Below, one piece after another: positions 51,001-56,767 of a stretch of 56,767 bases of DNA. Position 1 is the first letter of the stretch. Each line of letters starts with the position of its first letter. The DNA is from Basidiobolus meristosporus CBS 931.73 (Eukaryota; Fungi; Basidiobolomycota), in assembly GCA_002104905.1 (NCBI GenBank), contig MCFE01000574.1, forward strand, positions 1 to 56,767. Reading direction: 5' to 3'. The notes beneath the pieces were generated by a model. The model worked only from the letters and a program-made list of their open reading frames with translations. It had not been told where the DNA came from and did no database searches. A program made the translations under genes and the position numbers.

Positions 51001-52583
51001 TTCAGGGAGCTCCCTTTGGCCTAAAGACACTTACCAGCAAGTTTCAGAGAGTCATGACTATAATACTCAAGAATGCACCATACGCATTGGTATTTGTTGA
51101 TGATGTCATCATATTTTCCACTAACTGAGATGATCATGCAGCCCATGTCACTGATGTAATCAACAGACTGACAACTGCTGGACTGATTCTCAATGCTGAA
51201 AAGTGCAGTTTTGCCCCCTCAAAATCAATCTACTTGGATTTATAGTCACACCAGCTGGCCACCAAGTTAGATCCTTTCAAACTGGTCAATATCCCAGAAT
51301 GGCCAAAACCCACTAGCGCCAAGCAACTTCAACATTATCTTGGAGTATTCAACTATTTCAGGGAACACATACCACTCATGTCCTCATTGAGTGCCCCTTT
51401 AGATGCATTACGCCATAGCCCTGATCTCACCTCAGCCTGGAACAAGACTCATGACCAAGCCTTTGAGTCACTCTGCCAACTGCTTCCACAAGCACCCACC
51501 TTATCCTACCCAGACTTTACTAAGCCCTTTGTTGTTGCTACGGATGCATCTAATGTTGGGTTAGGGGCAGTCCTCTATCAAGATGAAGACCAAAATCCGC
51601 CTCACTGGCTCTCTTTCCAAGCCAGGTCCCTACAACCTGCTGAGAGAAACTACTCTGCTACCAAGAAGGAGCTACTTGCCATAGTCTTTGCCTTGAAGAA
51701 GTTTCATCAGTATCTATGGGGTAATCCTTTTACCTTGTACACTGACCACCAAGCCCTTGTCTATATCCACACTCAGAAGACTCTGACTCCAATGCTTACC
51801 AACTGGCTTGATACTCTACTTGATTATGAATATACAGTTATTCATCGCCCAGGAATTCTCAACATCCTTCCTGACCACCTGTCAAGACTTTTTCCAACTT
51901 CACCTTGGGAGGGACATGTGATTACTGATGTAATCAGTAAACTCTCTACAACTTCCAAAATAATTCCTCAACTGGATTCAGCAACTTGGAAAATCCCACC
52001 TGAAGAACAAAGGAAAACATTGATACAGAGGAGTCATTTACTTGGCCACTTTGGAGCTGACACACTTATGAAGAAGCTACACTCTGATGGATATCACTGG
52101 CCAAATATCAAAGTTGACTGCTTAGAATTTGTCAAGTCGTGCAGAGAATGTCAACTTTATAATATCAGCCGCCATGGATTTCATCCTTTGAGCCCCATCC
52201 ATGCAAGCCTTCCTATGGATCATATTGCAATTGATCTAGCTGGACCTTTCACCACTAGTGATGATGGTAATCACTACCTCTTTGTCATTGTGGATGTCTG
52301 CACACGTTTTGTCTACCTCAAAGCTATTCCAGACAAGTATGCTGCCACTATTGCACAAGAACTATTCAAGCTCTTCTGCCTTTTTGGATTCCCTAAGGTC
52401 ATTCAATTGGATAATGGAACAGAATTTGTGAATCACGTGATCAAAGCCTTTGCAGAATAGCGCCATTGATCACCGTCTGATCACTCCATATCATCCAAAG
52501 CTATGGACTGCTGAAGACATGTTCAGACTCAGTGAACATCATCAGAATCTATCAAAGGTATCAAGAGAATTGGACAAGTACAT
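48031..52583 (+). mobile_element. Ty3/gypsy chromovirus copy 2: 5' LTR (48031-48727) plus gag-pol, truncated in integrase
   Basis: Gag starts at 48768, has an in-frame TAA at 48960 and continues into ORF 49113-51128 (CFKCGNMGHRSPAC knuckle, LLDTGS protease, RT FVDD). ORF 51378-52460 covers RNase H, the GHFG zinc finger, IAIDLAGP and DNGTEF. It diverges from copy 1 after gacaagtacat and has no 3' LTR. Confidence 0.93.
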
Positions 52584-52625
52584 CGACTGTACAATAGACT
52601 GTTCTGTGGATAGTGCCAATAGTGC

Positions 52626-52785
52626 TAGGGGGAGACAGTCACCAACAGTGAAATCTTTATTTCAATTGAAACAAAGAGCAGCGCTACTGTTGTAGCTTTG
52701 ATACAAGAGTGTGTAGCTGAGGAATTTGTAGTAGTTAATAAGAAGTGATGATAGTTTCAGTGCTCAAGACACTGTTCAGTGGGAG
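52626..52785 (-). mobile_element. Short family-A LINE 3' end
   Basis: taggggg-agacagtcaccaac... is homologous to 46727-46880, with several 1-nt deletions. Confidence 0.85.
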
Positions 52786-52876
52786 GGGTAGGGGGAGGGA
52801 AAGTCACCAAGTTGGTGAAATCTTTATTTGAGTTAAGAACTAATCTAAGTACAAATAAAGAAGCCAATTAAGAGGT

Positions 52877-55731
52877 CTAGAACCTCTCTAATAAGTAATC
52901 TAATCTATGTTTTGTTTCATCTCTAATGTTTGTTTCAATAAAGTAAAGCTCATCAGGGGTAAATATAAAATTCAGGGGTTTTGGGGGAAGTACAAATTGT
53001 AGATGTTTCTGATCAATATAATCCAAGACTGGAACCCAGCCTGGGATTAGGTGTAGTAGGAAAGGTGTGTGGACTTGTAAGTAGCTCTGCCACATAGATC
53101 TTAGATGGTCCTGAGCCAGTAGTCTTGGTTTCTCAGCTTTTTGAAGTTTTGAAGCAAGCTCTGTTACTACAGCAGAGCCAACCAGGGTGTGCCAGCAAGA
53201 AGATTTCAGGGAGGAGTTAGATTGAAGCCATTAGTTTGATGGAGGGGTTATGTGATTTCTGAAGTTTGACTAGGAAGGAAGCCCGGAGATAGATCATTCG
53301 GATTTGGTATGGGTAGAACCCAAAGGCTCCATTAGTTGCATGGATATAGGGAGATACTGGAAGATAAGGTACCAAGGATCTGATACACTGATGGAGAAAT
53401 TTATCCAGGCGGTGAAGTTCTCTGGAGGTTAGGGGTATAATGTGGAGACCAAATTCAAGTACCGGCAGCACATACTGCTTCAGAAGTATAGGGATCTTTT
53501 GAATTGGAGTGTCTGGAGTGACTACTACCAGAAGCTTTTTGAGAGCCTGTTGGGCAAGACGGATCCTATTATTCAGGTGGAGCTTTGAGTCAATCCCATG
53601 TTGACAAAACGGCAGACCTAGATATATTGCAGTTTGTTGTGGCAGAATGCTAGTGTTCTGTATAGTTGTAGTGCATCCAATTGGGACTGTCTTGGAAATT
53701 GAGAGTGAGAGGTTGTTGGCAGCCAAGTACTTCTCAATGATGGCAGTGTCTGCTATGGGATTAGGAGTAGCAATCTTGATATCATCCGCATAGAGAGTTA
53801 GTAGTGGATAGGGAGAGTCTGGTGAGGGGCCTTTTGGAAATAAAGGAAAGTCATGTAGGAATATCACAAATAGTAAGGGACCTAGTACAGATCCTTGGAC
53901 TACTCCATTTGGAACCTCATAAGTCTCTGATGTGACAACTTGGATGCAAAATTTTGGCTGAGTTCTCACAAAATAGAGAACGTACAAGAAGGGTCATTGG
54001 TAGTGTGGTAACTGCTAATAGCTTTCTCCAAAGCAGAGCTCTGTCCACAGAGTCAAAGGCTTTAGTAATGTCAAACAGAATGGTTGGCAATGAGAATTGA
54101 AGTGAATGATCATGGCTTAGCACTACAGCCATATCCAAGGAGAGTTTGGGCAAGAAGCCAAACTGAGAAGGATGGAATGGATATAGTTGAGATTGCAAGG
54201 ATCTTGCTATCATAAGCTCAAAGATTTTCCGGCAGGTTGGTAGGAGTGAAACTGGCCGGTAAGAACCTGGGAGTGAGTGTTTCCCCTTCCCTTTGTATAA
54301 GGGTATTACATTTGCCTGTGACCAGGCCTTTGGGGTAGTCAATTGTTGGGCACAGATAGAGTAGAATGGGAGAAGTAAGTGACTCATTTTGGAGTAGCAC
54401 ACCTGGAGTAGATCGTAGGTAATCAAGTCATGTCCAGGTGCAGTATTTGCAGGAAGCTTCTTTAAAATTTTCTCCAGAAGCTTTGCTGAAACCACAATTG
54501 GAGATGTTGGACTGGTAGATATGTTACCAGTATGGTAGAAAGGAGGAGTGGGATGCATCGGTTGAATCAAAGAATATAGGGGCCAGTTTGTCTGGTGATG
54601 GTATACTCCTTGCTTGGGGTCTCATGGCTTTGTATACTCTTGATATGGACCTTGTGGTGGCATTCATATTTACTAAGGGCAAGGTATCCATGATATGAGC
54701 CCATAATCTAGTATGCTCAGTGATCTGTAGTGACTTGGAGTAGGAGATTGCGCTTTCCAGGAGGTTCTGTGTTTTTGGGTTAGGGAAACATAGGTAGCTG
54801 GAATTTAAGGCAGAAATGATGGATTTCCATTTAAGTTGGTTTGCAGATGGCTTTTGGTAGGACTTGGTGGGCAGGGCCAGACAGCCAGTGATTATGATGA
54901 AATGCTGGTAAAATAGCCATAATGCATTTATATCATCACAAATCCATGCAGGTAAGCTGGGAAATGCATATTCTGTAAGCAAGGATAGGTAGTTGGCAAA
55001 GTCCTGTGTCCTGTGATACTGAAGCTTTGGCTGGCAGGATTGTAAACGGCTGAAGAAGGGTGCCAATTGGTAGGGTTTTTCTGGCAGAAATGATAATGTG
55101 TATTGGCTTGTGATCAGATTTCTCTAGTGAACCACAGCTGATATCCTCTGGAATGCTTGTAACCTGGTGGATGTACTGTAAGGCAGCTGGAGTAGCTGTT
55201 ACCCAGTCAACACAACGTTGAGCTTGCTGAGTGTTTACAGTGACCAGATGGTTTTGTCGGAGGAACTTTGTAAAGTGCTCCTCTCGGGTTCTAAGTCTGG
55301 ATGAAATAGTGGTGATATTTTCAGGGTGGGGAATATTTATATCTCCCACTACCATACAAGGGATTGATGAGCTGTTGAATGAATTCTGATGTGGCCAAGA
55401 AAATTGCCAGTGTTATGGAGTTAGACAGAGATGGAGGGAGATAGATAATAATGGCTACTATAGTTGGAAGTGTTAGAGCATAGCAGTAATACTCATAGAT
55501 GATGGATACATTTGCTGAGGGTGCAAGCTTAGAAGATGAAAGAGCAACAAGTGCCATTGAGTGAGCTGGAAATTTTGGGTGAGCAGATGAATATGCATTC
55601 AGTCTAGAGGGAAGTTTTGGCAACTTAACATCAATTAGTAGGAGCAAGGAATATTCCTTTTTCAGTAAGTTTTCTAATTCAGCTACAGTTGGAGTGATGG
55701 AGTTGCAATTGAGTAAGAGTATGTTCTGTAG
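52877..55731 (-). pseudogene. LINE ORF2 (apurinic-type endonuclease plus reverse transcriptase), disrupted
   Basis: Overlapping ORFs 55321-55647, 54936-55355, 54524-55066, 53917-54570, 53217-53987 and 52877-53095 carry the APE and RT motifs in the expected order. Confidence 0.88.
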
Positions 55732-56767
55732 TCAGGCAGACTCTGAGGTTGCCTGTTCCTGCTGAAACTCTTGCACTGCCCTTTGTAAATTTCCAGAATT
55801 ATTCCACAACTCTTCAAATGGAGCTTGCGTAATGTCTTTCAGGATTCTAATTGCTTCCTCTTTCAAGAAGTAGGCCACATCATAGGTTGGAGCCTGTTTC
55901 TTAATGGCAGCAAAGAAAGCCATAATTGCCATGTGAGCTGGGGGCTTGTTGAATATTCCTGGCTCAGTGTCCATTGACTCTGGTGGAATGATTGTGAATT
56001 TGGTAGGCACCCAGTTTAGATTTTTTGCCAGATACTTAGTCAATGCAGTGGAGAAGTTTCTGTCTACAATCATTTCTAGGATCTTTCCTCTTCTCCAAGC
56101 TAGGTTAACAATTTTTGAAGTGTCAATATTTAGAGAGCGGAATGTATGTCTGATGTTTGATATAGTAGTCCATGGAACATTGGCAAAGTATAGCAAGGAC
56201 CAATTCTGGAGCTGAGGTAAGTTTGCTGGAGGCTTATAGGTAGACTTCCTGGCAGGTTGTGTGGTAGGCTTTAGTGTTTCCAAGTTAGCAAGTTGTGGTT
56301 GAGACTTTTTGGAATTACGTATGACTTTGGAAAGAATTCTGCCAGCAACTGTGTCAGGAATGTTAGTACTCATTGCTGGTGCAGGGCCTGGCTCCTGGTA
56401 CTGCTTTTGTAGAATACTTGAGTATGTCTCTTTTTGTTTTCCTTTATCCAATGTGCTATGCCTTGGAATGGGATTTTGGGGAATAGAGAATTCAGGTATC
56501 AACTCTGGGGTCTGGTGATTGTCCAACATTGTTGCTTGAGCTTCCAGCTTTTCCTCTAAGATTTGAACTCTCTGCTTAAGCTCATCATTTGATGCTATAA
56601 GTGTTGCATTGTTTGGAGCCAGGTCAGGTGTTGAGTTATGAAGGCAGGTTGAGCAGCGTTCTAACTCCTTGGTTTGGTCATCCAACTTTTCTTCTAAGGT
56701 TTGAACCCTCAATTTGAGTGCACCATTTGAGGTTAGAAGCTCCAAGTTATCAGCCTGCAACTTCTTT
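55732..56767 (-). CDS. LINE ORF1 (coiled-coil N-terminus; probably 5'-partial)
   Basis: A frame of >=342 aa directly upstream of ORF2. It contains a duplicated heptad segment (LLTSNGALKLRVQTLEEKLD / LIASNDELKQRVQILEEKLE). The track start is not an ATG and the frame reaches the window edge. Confidence 0.75.
   Translation of the reverse strand, partial: KKLQADNLELLTSNGALKLRVQTLEEKLDDQTKELERCSTCLHNSTPDLAPNNATLIASNDELKQRVQILEEKLEAQATMLDNHQTPELIPEFSIPQNPIPRHSTLDKGKQKETYSSILQKQYQEPGPAPAMSTNIPDTVAGRILSKVIRNSKKSQPQLANLETLKPTTQPARKSTYKPPANLPQLQNWSLLYFANVPWTTISNIRHTFRSLNIDTSKIVNLAWRRGKILEMIVDRNFSTALTKYLAKNLNWVPTKFTIIPPESMDTEPGIFNKPPAHMAIMAFFAAIKKQAPTYDVAYFLKEEAIRILKDITQAPFEELWNNSGNLQRAVQEFQQEQATSESA

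Larger units (their letters stand above)
52786..56767 (-). mobile_element. Near full-length non-LTR retrotransposon, family B (ORF1 plus APE-RT ORF2, frameshifted)
   Basis: The 3' end is ggtagggggagggaaagtcaccaagttggtg. ORF2 pieces include APE (ILLLNCNS, IYLPP, VVGDIN, SDH) and RT (YRPVSLL, QFGF, FDITKAFDSV, QGSVLGP, YADD). ORF1 lies upstream. Confidence 0.92.

Noticed and set aside
52626-52785. Multiple 1-nt deletions as a special mutational process
   Set aside because: They are equally explained by long-read consensus error and cannot be judged without reads.
25488-56767. Diversity-generating retroelement (RT next to repeated genes)
   Set aside because: The RTs are LINE and LTR types, and differences among gene copies are not adenine-specific or confined to a variable region.
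46099-56767. Endonuclease-deficient Penelope-like telomeric element
   Set aside because: Family B carries APE motifs and LINE-type RT motifs (QGSVLGP, YADD), and family A has a similar RT.

Overview
Eukaryotic DNA, probably fungal. That assignment is an inference from the intron-free secreted genes, the chromovirus, copia and LINE content, and the TTAG(n)-type repeats. The window has three zones. (1) A minus-strand tandem gene family with a ~4-kb unit. It holds one long gene (start 2397, running off the left edge, >=799 aa) encoding a signal peptide, a Cys-rich head and a 38-aa Thr-rich repeat stalk. It also holds five nearly identical 296-aa head-only copies (25.5-42.5 kb) whose stalk survives only as a decayed relic after the stop, and one copy (~23.8 kb) from which the head has been deleted. 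(2) A 17-kb CpG-depleted nest of transposons splits the array. It contains Ty1/copia elements, a Ty3/gypsy chromovirus, a solo LTR and a 735-bp foldback element. (3) From 43.5 kb the array is cut off and followed by a stack of non-LTR (APE+RT) retrotransposon copies. All are on the minus strand and mostly 5'-truncated. Each starts on the plus strand with a telomere-like TTAG(3-6) tract and a conserved hairpin, and they join directly onto truncated ends of the gene array, a copia and a gypsy. The two main candidates for a new system are (a) a LINE family that appears to heal or extend chromosome ends and (b) a subtelomeric-style array of one stalked gene plus head-only genes homogenised by gene conversion. 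No rRNA, tRNA or CRISPR array was recognised.
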